Origin: Vitrella brassicaformis CCMP3155 | Lineage: Eukaryota > Protista > Chromerida | Direction: 5' to 3' | Length of the DNA stretch: 64,000 nt | NCBI GenBank assembly: GCA_001179505.1 | Contig: CDMY01000531.1 | Span: 248,001-312,000, forward strand | In this document: piece after piece, positions 1 through 11,657 of the stretch | Layout: each line of letters opens with the position of its first letter | Position numbering within the stretch: the first letter of the stretch is position 1 | Made by a program: the position numbers and the translations under genes | Notes under the pieces: generated by a model | What the model was told of the DNA's origin: nothing | The model's input: only the letters and a program-made list of their open reading frames with translations | Database searches by the model: none

Positions 1-337
1 GCATCCCACAGCTGACAATACAACAGCTGGCAATTCTGCTCGCCCGTGTTCAATCACCTTGGTTCCCGAGTGGTCAAATGAGCACAGGGATGGGTGACAG
101 GCATCGTCAAAAGGGGCAGCCGTATGGTCAGCGTCGTGGGGTAAGCACGCCAATCGGATCTCGAAAGCACCGCCGAAGTCAAGGTCGCCATCACTATCCA
201 TAAATGGAGGCGCCGCAAGCCTGAAAAGAGAAGGAAACGAGCACAGAGTCACAGCACATGAAGGTCGCTCGAGAGCATCGACCTCACCTCACTGTTGGCA
301 GCCACCTCCGTGCAAACTCCGGAATGACGTTCTCCAT
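1..337 (-). CDS. 5' part of a spliced gene running off the window; possibly a METTL22-like methyltransferase N-terminus
   Basis: ATG at 337 (MENVIPEF...LPTVR) splices GT-AG in frame to LAAPPFMDSDGDLDFGG...KVIEHGRAELPAVVLSAVGC. DSDGDLD and IEH...L..VG loosely recall METTL22 (DEDGDLD...IEH.MAT.LEDVGKQVW). No catalytic motif lies inside the window. Confidence 0.3.
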
Positions 338-694
338 CGGCCACACTGAAGGCTCCTGCTCAAGAGGCGAGAGGCCGACAGTCGTGATCTGGCCTCCGGC
401 TCTCCTGCACAGCACAACACAGCAAAGATCTGACATTTGACAACGAAATCCATGAATCAAAGAGCTTGTTCCGACCTCACCTATCGAATGACTGCCGCCG
501 TTCACCTCCAACTCGACGACTGCGCTCACTGGAACCCTCCAGCTCGCAGTCGGTGAGAGAAGCTCGCCAGTGAAAAGACCAGGAAGGGCCGAGAAGGGGA
601 AGGATCAGGGCCCAGCGAAGCGCGAGAGGAGCAACGGCAGCCCAATCAGACAGGAGAGCGACCGGGCTGCCAACCACCACGTGTATAGAGCAGG

Positions 695-2081
695 ATGCAG
701 GGCGAGTTTGAGAGTTACAACAAGCGCGGGGTCCCCCGCAGCAACACCCCAGAGGATGAGATTCGCGTCATGAGTGCAGGGAAGTTTAGTGCCTATGTGC
801 TGTATGCCGCCAAGTTGATGCAGGAGCAGGACAAGAGACAGTTCACCATCAAAGGTGCGCACACACAGGCAGACAGGGGCGGGGGTGGGCAGAGAAGCAC
901 AGATCTGACCTCCGTGTGTGGCCACGGGCACATGCTCGGCAACACGTCATACCGATGTTGTGTGTTATGTGTGTGGCTGGTGTGTGTGTGATCTATCAGC
1001 CACGGGTGCCGCTATTGCCCGCGCTGTGACCGTCGCCGAGACCATCAAACGCAAGTTCAAGGGCCTCCACCAGATCACCAAGGTGCGCCACACACACATG
1101 CACGCAGGGAGGATAGGGGTGGGTGAGTGACTGGATCTCTCTGGTATGCATCTGTGCGTGTGTGTGTGTGTGTGTGGTGATATCGTCTGTGTATTCAGTG
1201 CGGTACGACGACGATGATAGACGAGTTCAACAACGGCCGGATGGGCATGATGGGCGAGACGCGCACCATCTCCCGCAACGTGCCGTACGTCGAGATCCTG
1301 CTGTCGCTCGACGAGCTCGACAAGGACGACATCGGATACCAACCGCCACTGCCCGACGACGAAGTCACCGACTTCGACCCTGAGAGCCTCTACATGATGA
1401 GTAAGACCACACACGCGCACCCCCCGACCGACCGACAACACACACTCATGTGCATCTCTGTCTGTCCCTTGTCATGACGGCTTCAGCGCCGTTATCATAC
1501 CGCGGTGGCCGCGGGATGTACGGCGGTTATCGTGGCGGGTACGGCCCTCCGAGAGGGTTCGGTTACCGCGGTCGGGGCGGCGGGTTCAGGGGCGGGTTCC
1601 GCGGGGGCTATCGCGGCGGCAGGGGGGGAGGCTTCTGGAACGGACCACCGAGGGGCGGGTTCGGCGCTGGGCGGGGGAGCTACAACGGATTCGGCGGCTC
1701 ATACGAGTAAGCCAATCGAAGCCTCACACACTCATGGACACAACACAGACACTCGCGAACTGTCTCCTTCTCTCCCCTCCTTGGTGTCTTGATTGGATCA
1801 GTCCTTTTGCCAACGGCTACGGGGGCATGCGCGGCCGGGGAGGCTACGAGGGCTACCGGGGCGGCCGCGGCGGGATGCCGGGCGGGTACTTCGGCGGCCC
1901 CATGTATGGCGGGGGCGGCGGCTACATGGGTAATGGGCCCATCCACCAGTACGGCCCCGGAGGCATGCAGCACGGGGGGTATGGCGGCGGGATGGGCGGC
2001 AGCTGGACCCCCGGGCCCAGCTACGGCATGGGGGGCGGGTACCACCCCAACCCCATGATCCCCGCGGGCGGCCCCCTGTGA
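695..2081 (+). CDS. ALBA1: Alba-domain nucleic-acid-binding protein (Rpp25/Alba1 type) with long RGG/GYGG C-terminal tail, 5 exons
   Basis: Exons 695-854, 1000-1082, 1199-1400, 1487-1706 and 1802-2081 join in frame. EDEIRV...YAAKL...IKATGAAIARAVTVAETIKRKFKGLHQIT...YQPP is the Alba fold signature, followed by RGG repeats. Confidence 0.9.
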
Positions 2082-3632
2082 TGACCGTATGACACGACAG
2101 CCGTCGAGCAGATAAGGCAAGGATCGGTGTGTGGATGGATCTAGGCTAGTCAGTGTGGCGAATCCTCTCCCCTTTTTTCAGCGGCACGTGGCGTGGCGTG
2201 CGTGGTGACTGGATGGCTGAATGTCTGGCTCCTTGCACGGATGGATGGGTGCATGGGTTAGCGAGCGACTTAGTTGTGCATCCGTCCATCCCCCTCCCTG
2301 CTCCTGCTTGCATGTGATGCGTGTGTGTGGCGGGTGGATGTGGCACAGTTTTGCAATATGGATGGATGGATGAATGCGGCACCGAGCAGCAGACAGCAGA
2401 CAAGGCGACACAAGGCACGTGAACTGACCTGCACTTTTGTTGCGTGATTGAATTCTCTATAAGTGGGTGGGATGGCTGCATATGAAGGGGGGGCTTTCAA
2501 GCAACACGCACCGAGATAAGGCGAGACCAGACAGAGAGACAACTTGGGGGCAAACGGAGCGGTGATGAGAGATTCATCGCTCCAATACACCGCACAGATT
2601 CGCGCGCAGAGAGAGAGCGGGAGAGACAGATTGTTCGTAGGGCGGGCGCGGGGCAGCAGCAGACAGATTAAAGACACCACGCGTGATCGATCATCATTCA
2701 CCGGGGGAGAGGGCGTCTTTTCGTATGAAGCATCGATCATTGACCTGCCTTTCTCTACATCTGTCTGTGCATTGTATGTAATTTGATAGAATGGCCGTGG
2801 ATGGAGTGAGGCACCTTCCCGAATGGACCGCTGAGATGACGTGACACAGTGACACAGTGACGTGACTGAATGAAATGCATGCACCACCATCATCGTTGTT
2901 CGCGCGTCAATGCATTTCTCACTCATCAAACGCACCCAGCCTCTCTGTGTCACGACCCTCTCAGGTGTCTGTCTCTGGCTGGCTGGTTGTCTGACCTCCC
3001 TTCAAGTCGATGTTGGAGGGAGGCCGCCGACGCGCAGGGAAGCAAGAGAGCTACAGCAACAAGTCTGATCGATTGGGGGGGCGCGAAACCGAACCGCCCC
3101 CAAAATCAGCCCCCATTTCTCTCAGAATCGGCTGCAGAGCCCCTCTGCACAGCTGTTCTGAGGTCCCAACAGTATCCAACAGTCACGAGAGTCCCTGAGC
3201 ACCACCGCAGGGGACCAGCATCCAACAGCATCATGATATGGAGCGGCAAAGCTCCGAATGGCTTTATCGCCGGAGGCGTCCCAGTGCCCGGTTCACGGCC
3301 CATCGGAGGCCACCGAGCCGCCATGACAGTTCACCCTGACGAGGGAGAGCCATCGAGCAGCGGTAAGGCGGACATAGAACAGCCGTCGGCGTGGGCGTCA
3401 CATGCACTGTGGGTTCTTTGCGTGCATGCACCATTGCAGGGAGTACGGGAGAGGGCAGCGGGGTAGCATCGGACCAGATGGACGTGCCAGAAGACCACTG
3501 TGAGGCCAATGGTAACACTGACTACTGATTGCCAATCATATACATGGCAATCCATCTGTGCCTCCCCCGACTGCATTCATTTCGTGACTGTTCTGCACTG
3601 CAGTGTGCATATCTGCGGGAGTGAAGGACAAG

Positions 3633-4983
3633 ATGGTGACGAGACCGAAAAGAAAAACGGGCAAAGGTGACGAATAAGGGCCCACACAGGACAGAGACGC
3701 CATGTGCTCACGTCTTAATTGCCTTGACTGTTCTGCTGTGTTCAGATATGCCTAGTGGTGTCGTTGTCGACGTGTCGCACGAGCGCCGTGGCAAGCGGAA
3801 GCGCACGCCCAAGCAACTCCCCGACGATGGTAGGCAGACACACAATACACACACAACGCGGGAGCACATGCAATGCCATCCACCGGCCTGATTGATGTGC
3901 TTTCTTCACTGTGTCACTTTAATTGATGCAGAGGAGGATCCCACCAAGATCCGCCTACCCGGCTGCGGCGTGTCGGTGCGTGCCTCCCGCCCCCGCCGCA
4001 CAGACAAGAGCAAGAAGGCCACGACAGCGCCAAATGTGCAGAAGGAGGCGCCGCACATGGTCGAGTCATCGCAGCCGCTCCTCCCCTCTCCCACCGCGCC
4101 CACCCCAGACCATCCCCCGCCCCCCACTGACCAGGCCGGCATCGAGATTCTGCTCAAGATGACCAAGGAGGAAGCCGACCGTCTGGCTATGCCCCCACCG
4201 CCGCTGCCCGAAGGCTTCGTCATCAACAAGGCGGCGGCTTCCAAGAAGGCGGCCAGCAAGCCGAAAGCCAAGCCCAAGCCAAAGGCCAAGGGCAAGAGGG
4301 CCAAGGTGACGAAGGCGGAGAGGGAGGCGGCGGCCAAGGAGAAGGAAGAGGCCAATATGCAGCAGTGGAACTATGACCGGTTCATGCGCGAGCACGGGTG
4401 GATGCGGCAGATCAACCCCTTCTACCTGCCGGGCCAAGGGTCCCCCTGGCTGAGGGAGAGGGGGGAGAATGGCAACGAGAGCAGCTCAGAGTCCGACGAT
4501 GAGAACGAAGACTGGGGTAGGCGGACGAGGAGGGACGCCAGCCGGCCTGTTCCTGATGGGTATACCTGTGTGTCTCCCTCTGTCTCTCTCTGTGTCTTTC
4601 TGTGCGTGTCAGAGCGCTGGGCGGCGACGGACGCTTTCAAGGCTGAGCCGCCGAAACGTGGAGGGGAGCTCCTCCTATACGGGCTCGACGTCGCCATGGC
4701 CACGCAGGGCCACAAGGACGGCACGCCTGATAGGATCGAGGAGGAAGGCCAGGCGGAGGAAGAGGAGAGGCCCTCCAAGATGGCCCGCGTCATGGAGACG
4801 GACCTGTCAAGGCTGGGTGAGGGCGAGGGAGACGCGACGATGGCCGACACCCTTTTGTGGATGGAGAGGATGGAGGAGTGGTGGGCTGGCATGTCAATGC
4901 CGTCGCCGACGTGGCCGCCGATACAATGCGAGATGATGGCAGATGGGCTGCTGCAGGACAGCGACCTGTTTGCCTTTGAGTGA
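3633..4983 (+). CDS. Hypothetical Lys/Pro/Glu-rich low-complexity protein, spliced
   Basis: MVTRPKRKTGK|DMPSGVVVDVSHERRGKRKR...|EEDPTKIRLPG..., with good GT-AG junctions and long open frames. No recognisable domain. Further upstream exons near 3210-3360 are possible. Confidence 0.5.
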
Positions 4984-5091
4984 CAAGACACAGACCGATA
5001 GCCGAGCCCTGAGCGGCGCTAAGTGCCGAATCCAGGGGCTCAGAGCAGTAGATAGATGGCAGTGGAGACGGGGACAGACTGACGGACGGAT

Positions 5092-5912
5092 GGATGGATG
5101 GAGACCTGTCATGGTGCGTGTGTGCATGTGGCTGGCTGCTGCCGGAGGGTGACACTGTCTCTGCTCGATCGATGCGATTGGTGTTTTCCTAATGGACTCT
5201 TTTTCTCATCAGAATACGCACACTTCATGTTGCGCGTCAATCCATTCAGTCAGTCACTCAGCCATCAATTGCCTCCGCTCACACATTCCTGCGTGAGTTG
5301 TGTTTGGCGTAGAGGTAAGCCAACGCTCTTGGAAGGGGGCCGTTCTGTAGATGCTCCTTCGTCACAGCCGCTCTCTCGGTGTGGTGCTCCTGCTTGAAGC
5401 GGCCGTCCCCTTTGCTGCTGATGTTGGTGGTGGCCATTGTGGTTGTGGTTGTGGATGCTGACTCGTCACTCGCCGCAGCACCCTCCGACACATCAGACTG
5501 AGGAAACACACATCACATTCATTCATTCATTCATTCATGTGTGTCGTGAGTGAGAGGTTCATGGACTTACTTGTTGGCCATTGTCGTCTTCGTCACGTGT
5601 CTCATGTTTGTCGGCGCCCGCCACATCCTCAAGCTGACATCACAAAGACATCCATCACACATAGAGTTTGGTTTGTGCGTCTCCTTGCCTGTGTGTGCAC
5701 ACCTGGCTGTTGACGTTGTCTATGATGCGGTTATTCTTGGTCGTGCCATCGTCTTCACCATCGCCCTCTTGCTGCGCACTGCCCTCCACTGCTGTCGGTG
5801 GCATCAATCCGTCGGTGGCCAACAGAGACCCGGCCACCGGGTCACTGCCACTCACACTCGCGGCGGGTGTGTCGATCTGCCGGAACGACATCGGGCGCTG
5901 GACAGTGTAAGG
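5092..5912. repeat. Direct segmental duplication, copy 1 (copy 2 at about 9513-10562)
   Basis: Long near-identical runs (e.g. cacttcatgttgcgcgtcaatccattcagtcag and gccgtcccctttgctgctgatgttggtggtggcc). Copy 1 lacks roughly 190 bp of one intron. Confidence 0.95.
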
Positions 5913-5924
5913 CGAGGGGTCAGT
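5279..5924 (-). pseudogene. 3' half (last three exons) of a paralog of the 9747-11076 gene; no 5' half found
   Basis: TDPSPYTVQRPMSFRQIDTP...|LEDVAGADKHETRDEDDNGQQ|SDVSEGAAAS...RRNV* keeps frame and splice sites, but homology stops near 5910. Confidence 0.55.
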
Positions 5925-6375
5925 CTGTCTCTGTCAGTGGAGAGGGGTACAGACTGACAGATGGATGGATGGATGGAGGGGCGTGACATTGGTGTGGTGC
6001 ACTTTCTGATCCATCGATTCAGTGGGCACACATTACATTGAAGAGCAGCCAGGCACAAGCAGGTCACCAACACAAACATCACGCGCCAAGTCGGGTCGAG
6101 CAATGCACTGCATCTACACTCTACAAAAGTATGTGTAGCATGGCATTGCAGCCGTGGATGAGTGCCGGCTGTCTGTGTCAGTCTGTCCTCCACCTATGCA
6201 TCCCGCTACCAGCTGCTGCTCCCTGATGCGGCACTCCATTCCTCCATGCAGACCCCCACCCACAGCTGCCGTCAAATCTGACAACAGCCACAGGGAGGGA
6301 GACAGTTGGTGACGCGCCGCGCCCATTTGTCGTTCGGTCTTCTCACCTATCCTAAGCCATTCATTTGACGGACGG

Positions 6376-9300
6376 TCACGTCCGACGCTCGACACACAGC
6401 CCGTCGCCATCCAAGCTGAACTTGTATGGGCTGCCGCTGAAGTTGAGCCCAATCTGCTCAGCCAGGAACCGCCGCTCGAAGTCGGTGCTCAGGCCGTCGG
6501 CGTCGTCGCTGAAGTGTACTTGGGTCTTCTTGTGGCCCTGTCATCCATTCGACCAACACGACAGTGAGCGCAAACGCATTGCCCGGCAGTTTGTGTGTGG
6601 GTGGCGTGTGGAGCACCTTGAGCTCTTTGCTGAATGAGGCCACTGCGGCCATCACGTGCCGGTAGAACTTCTTCAAATGGTGACCCGCTACATCGCCTAC
6701 AGTGAATGAACACAAACACAATACACACAGACACAGACGCCATGCCTGCTGGCTCTACGAGACAACCCCCATCACCCNNNNNNNNNNNNNNNNNNNNNNN
6801 NNNNNNNNNNNNNNNNNNNNNNNNNNNNNNNNNNNNNNNNNNNNNNNNNNNNNNNNNNNNNNNNNNNNNNNNNNNNNNNNNNNNNNNNNNNNNNNNNNNN
6901 NNNNNNNNNNNNNNNNNNNNNNNNNNNNNNNNNNNNNNNNNNNNNNNNNNNNNNNNNNNNNNNNNNNNNNNNNNNNNNNNNNNNNNNNNNNNNNNNNNNN
7001 NNNNNNNNNNNNNNNNNNNNNNNNNNNNNNNNNNNNNNNNNNNNNNNNNNNNNNNNNNNNNNNNNNNNNNNNNNNNNCCCCCCCCCCCCCCCCTCACCAG
7101 ACACATGGATCTCTACTTCCTCGATCGGCGGCAGCTTCTCGTTGCTGGCCGGCCCCCACAGGCACGGGCTGTCGCGGGCGTGCACAGGCTCGAGGAATGC
7201 ATTCGCTGGCAGAAACATCTCCACCGACAGGCTCCTCTCCCGCCCCTTGCTGACCAGCGCCGTCTGCAGCCGCTCGAGGAACACCCAAACATCACCAGCC
7301 GGCGCGTCCAGCACCTCGTCGTAGTCTCCTGCCTTGAAGTGAGACAGGCTGGGCATGTGAGCGGCGATCTCGACCGCCCGCTTCTTCTTGGCCTCATCGT
7401 CGAGGGCGTCGTCCAGCAGCTGCAGTATGGAGGCGATGCCGAATGTGTCGTCCGAGAAGGCAGCAGGGATGGCCTCGTCCCGTCCGCTGTACATCACGGT
7501 GCCGGCCGTGGTGGCGGACTCGTTGATGAGCTTCTGGACGGTTGGGGTGCCGGTGCTGCTGCGCGAGAGGAGCTCAGCGTAGATGTCTCTATCCCCGTCA
7601 CAGTCACCCACAACGCGCTCCCGCAATGCATCTCGATGCGCGACGGCCTCGCTGCAGCAAAGCACCAAAGGACGACCACATCTGGTGTGCCGATCCCTCC
7701 TCTTCTCATTTGTCCTTACACGAGCACTGCGGCCCTCTGCACTTTCTCCCAGTGCCCGTCTGAGTTGCTCAGAATAGTGGCTAGGTCGATCTCGAGCTCT
7801 CGGATGGACTGCCTGACGCCCCTCGCCACCAGCACCTCGCGCAGCATGTCGATCTCGGCGGGGCTGCTCCGACCGATCCAGACGCCTCGCAGTGTGCGGA
7901 GCGCCGCCAACGAGCGCCCGTCGGCGGGCAGGACACTCAGCACATCGGCCGCCACCCTCCCGGTGCTCAGCCACCGGAGGTGTCCTTCGGTGAGGTCGAG
8001 CACCTCAATGGTCTGACAGTCGCCGAGCCATACCTTGGCACCCACCACCCCTGACGCAGCATGAAGGCTTTGGGTGATGAGCGTCTTGACAGCGGGCGTG
8101 CGCCACTGGCGACCCACGCGAGCCGACAGGCACTCGCTGGGTATTTTGTCGACCGTCTTGAGTGCCGGCAGATGGATGGGGGCGGTGGGGGCAGGGAGGG
8201 GGAGGTCAGATGATGGGGGAGGGCGAGGGATGTCCACGCTGTCGTCGAGCCTGACGGCCTCGAATGACATCACCTCCAATGTGCCCTTGTCATCGTCTTG
8301 TCGTGGCGCAGCAGCTGTCCCCTCCCCTCCTTCCCCGTCCTCCTTCTCCTTCTCCTTCTCCTCCTCCTCCTCCCTCTCCCGTTCTTCTTCTCTGCGATGG
8401 CCGCCCGGCCACGCCCGTGACCCTCCACCACGGCGACCCAGGTGCCGCGACACCAGCCCTCTCGATAAGCGGGATGGCGGTGCCTGATCTCTCGGACATT
8501 GGTCGCTCTCTGCCCCCACTTGTGCGCCACAGCCAGCGGCATGGTCTCCCACATTCGCCGCGCCGTGTCGTCCTCACAGTCGATCGTGATGTTGGTGTAG
8601 TTGGCGGCCGACTGGTTGAAGAGGGGCGTGCCGAGGGGCCGGCGGTAGCGGGTCAGCTCCCATGGCTGCAGGTGGCCGTACACGTTGGCCAACTCGTCAC
8701 GCGACAGACGGTGACGAGCCTGAAATGAAAAACAGAGAGGACAACCAAACGTGACGGGCTGACAGCATCACACTCATCGCCGCGCGTTGCTAACCGGACT
8801 TTGGCTCACGGGTGGATTGTTGCCGCTTCTATGAATCCAACGATAGGACGGACTTCTCACCACAGGCGCCTGCAATGCAATAAGACAACACGACAGCCAC
8901 AAGAAGGCAGAGGGCGGATCCATGCACAGACGACGATTGACGGCCACGCACCTCACCCCACCTGTGGCTCTGTGTGTGCCGCTCCCGATGCGGCAGCGGC
9001 GTCGGTGGGTGGGATGGGCGCATCTACAGCTACAGCACCGGTGAGGCTGGGCCCTCCCTGCTGGAGCCGGCTCGCGAGGGTGCTCAGCAGTGGGGCTATC
9101 GGGCCCAGCTGATGATTCACCAGCAAAGGACGCAGTGAGCGGCTCCTCGGCAGTGTTTCTCAGCCAGCCAGTATAACCCACCTGCGCGGCGATGGCAGCG
9201 GGATCTTGGTTGAGGAGCAGCTCCAGGCTGTCCTTGACGGCACGAGCATTCGCAACAGACTGAACGGAGGGAGAACCAAACACATCATCAAAGAGGAGAT

Positions 9301-9389
9301 TGAGAGGAGAAATCAAAAGATGGATCCTCTGCTCTGCCCTCTGAGCCTCTGAGCCCTCGAGTGTCTGAACTCACCTGATTGACGTCCAT
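6376..9389 (-). CDS. Member of a lineage-expanded hypothetical family (F-box-like N-terminal segment), interrupted by a scaffold gap
   Basis: MDVNQ|SVANARAVKDSLELLL...|LGPIAPLL...|ARHRLSRDELANVYGHLQPWELTRYRRPLGTPLFNQSAANYTNITIDC... ends ...GLSTDFERRFLAEQIGLNF...VERRT*. In-frame splice junctions were found. The family call is from memory of chromerid proteins. Confidence 0.65.
6778..7077. other. Scaffold gap (300 N), flanked by poly-C
   Basis: Direct count of the N run. Confidence 1.
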
Positions 9390-9512
9390 GGCGGACCAGC
9401 GACGTGTGCTGGCGAGGGAAAACCGGACACAGAGCTATCAAGCAACAAAGGCCTTCCCCCCCCCCCCTTTTTTTAGCTCGCAGAGGCAATGACCTCGTCG
9501 TTGCCTGTCACA

Positions 9513-10562
9513 TTTGGATGGATGGAGACTTGTCATGCGTGTGGCTGCTGGATGGGTGACGGTCTGCTCGACCGATGCACATTCATTCATTCTTGCACTA
9601 ATTTGTGTTCTGTCGACCGACCGATGCGACAGTCTGGTGTTTTCTCATGCAATGGACTGACTCATTTTCTCATTCATGAGAATACACACACTTCATGTTG
9701 CGCGTCAATCCATTCAGTCAGTTACTCAGCCATCAACTGCCTCCGCTCACACATTCCTGCGTGAGGTGTGTTTGGCGTAGAGGTAAGCCAACGCTCTTGG
9801 GAGGGGGCCGTTCTGTAGATGCTCCTTCGTCACAGCCGCTCTCTCGGTGTGGTGCTCCTGCTTGAAGCGGCCGTCCCCTTTGCTGCTGATGTTGGTGGTG
9901 GCCATTGTGGTTGTGGTTGTGGATGCTGACTCGTCACTCGCCGCAGCACCCTCCGACACATCAGACTGAGGAAACACATGCACGGCGGCACGGCTCTCTG
10001 TGTGTCTGTGTATCTCTGTGTGTCTGTGTGGCTGAGGGTAGTGAGTGCATCCTTTATCGAAAATTACTGTGTGGTGTGCTGCGCTGTGTGTTCCTAGTAG
10101 GCACATTAGAAGCGATTTCCACACATACACCCACACACGAGGCAAAGGGCACCGCAGACACCACACATCACATTCATTCATTCATTCATGTGTGTCGTGA
10201 GTGAGAGGTTCATGGACTTACTTGTTGGCCATTGTCGTCTTCGTCACGTGTCTCTTGTTTGTCGGCGCCCGCCACATCCTCAAGCTGACATCACAACACA
10301 TCCATCACACATAGAGTTTGGTTTGTGCGTCTCCTTGCCTGTGTGTGCACACCTGGCTGATGACGTTGTCTATGATGCCGTTATTCTTGGTCGTGCCATC
10401 GTCTTCACCATCGCCCTCTTGCTGCTCACTGCGCTCCACTGCTGTCGATGGCATCAATCCGTCGGTGGCCAACAGAGAGCCGGCCACCGGGTCACTGCCA
10501 CTCTCACTCGCGGCGGGTGTGTCGATCTGCCGGAACGACATTGGGCGCTGGACGGTGTAACG
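9513..10562. repeat. Direct segmental duplication, copy 2
   Basis: Matches 5092-5912 in the same orientation. Confidence 0.95.
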
Positions 10563-11076
10563 CGAGGGGCTGTATTGGGTGGGGCCGAGGTTGAGGTTGA
10601 GTTGGTTCTGCCCGGGCGCCGGTTGCGTCATGACGCCACTCGGAGGCATCATGCCCATGCTCGAGGCAGAGAGGGAGGGTGGGACGGCGGGGACGAAGAG
10701 AGGGGCTCCGTGCATGCTCCAGACATTGCCGCTTCGCTGCCTGAGTCTTGCCTGCTCGGCAATTGCGTCCTCCATCCCTTCGACCTGTCGACGAACTTCG
10801 TGGCGCAGCTGATTCACATGATCAGATAGAGACACAGAGAGTTACATAGTTCACACAAAAGTGTGTGTCTGAGTGTGTCGCTGACCTCCTCGCGCAGACG
10901 ATTGAGCTCCTGCTTCTCAAACTTCCTACACACACATGCAACCAAACACTAAGTGAACCTGTCTGTCTGCCTGTCTGTCTGTCTGTCTGTTTCTCAATGA
11001 GCCTCTCTGTCTGTGTGTCTGTGTGTCTGTCTGATTGATTGATTGAATGATTGTCTCACCATTTCTTCGAAGGCAT
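9747..11076 (-). CDS. Hypothetical protein with short N-terminal coiled coil and disordered acidic tail, 5 exons
   Basis: MPSKKW|KFEKQELNRLREE|LRHEVRRQVEGMEDAIAEQARLRQR...NVISQ|LEDVAGADKQETRDEDDNGQQ|SDVSEG...RRNV*. All junctions are GT-AG and in frame. Confidence 0.7.
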
Positions 11077-11383
11077 AATTTTGAGGTCGATGTTGGAGGG
11101 AGGCTGCTGGCACGACACACACCAAGGACCGGCCAGCAACGCCAACACACACAGCAAAGTCAGCGTCATCGTGCAGGCGCCCGTGGTTGGTTGATTGATC
11201 GTCAGCCCGTCACTCAGTCACTGAGTCACTCAGTCAGTCACTCAGCCGATGAACGATGAAACAGAGCGAGGCAGATCGTTACACATACATGTGCCCACAT
11301 ACATAATGATGCATACGTCATGACGTATATGTATCGTCTGTACATACATACATAAACGATACATGCGACGATTGACTCGGTGC

Positions 11384-11484
11384 GTCTGCAAACAAACAAA
11401 CAAACGAACGATTTGCATCTGAGTCAGAGATTCGTTTGTTTTCTCTGACCCAGAGGCAAATCGTTCGTTTGTTTGTTTGCAGAC
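11384..11484. repeat. Inverted repeat/hairpin: arms of about 47 and 43 nt, 11-nt loop
   Basis: Left arm gtctgcaaacaaacaaacaaacgaacgatttgcatctgagtcagaga. Reverse complement of the right arm is gtctgcaaacaaacaaacgaacgatttgcctctgggtcagaga (2 mismatches plus one caaa unit). Confidence 0.95.
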
Positions 11485-11657
11485 CGTCGTATACGTATCG
11501 ATATCGATGCACACGTCATTCGATCAGTTACTCGCGTTCCTTGACACGCCGGGCGAGCAGACGGCAGCGGTCTTCAGCCACGCGCTCGGCCATGCACTCG
11601 TCAAGGTCACAGAGCTCGCCACGTTCCAATCGCAGGCTGACTGGGCACTACCATCAC

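Noticed and set aside
6706-8016. Long ORFs spanning N runs (also near 47.3 kb and 52-54 kb)
   Set aside because: Artefacts of translating across scaffold gaps.
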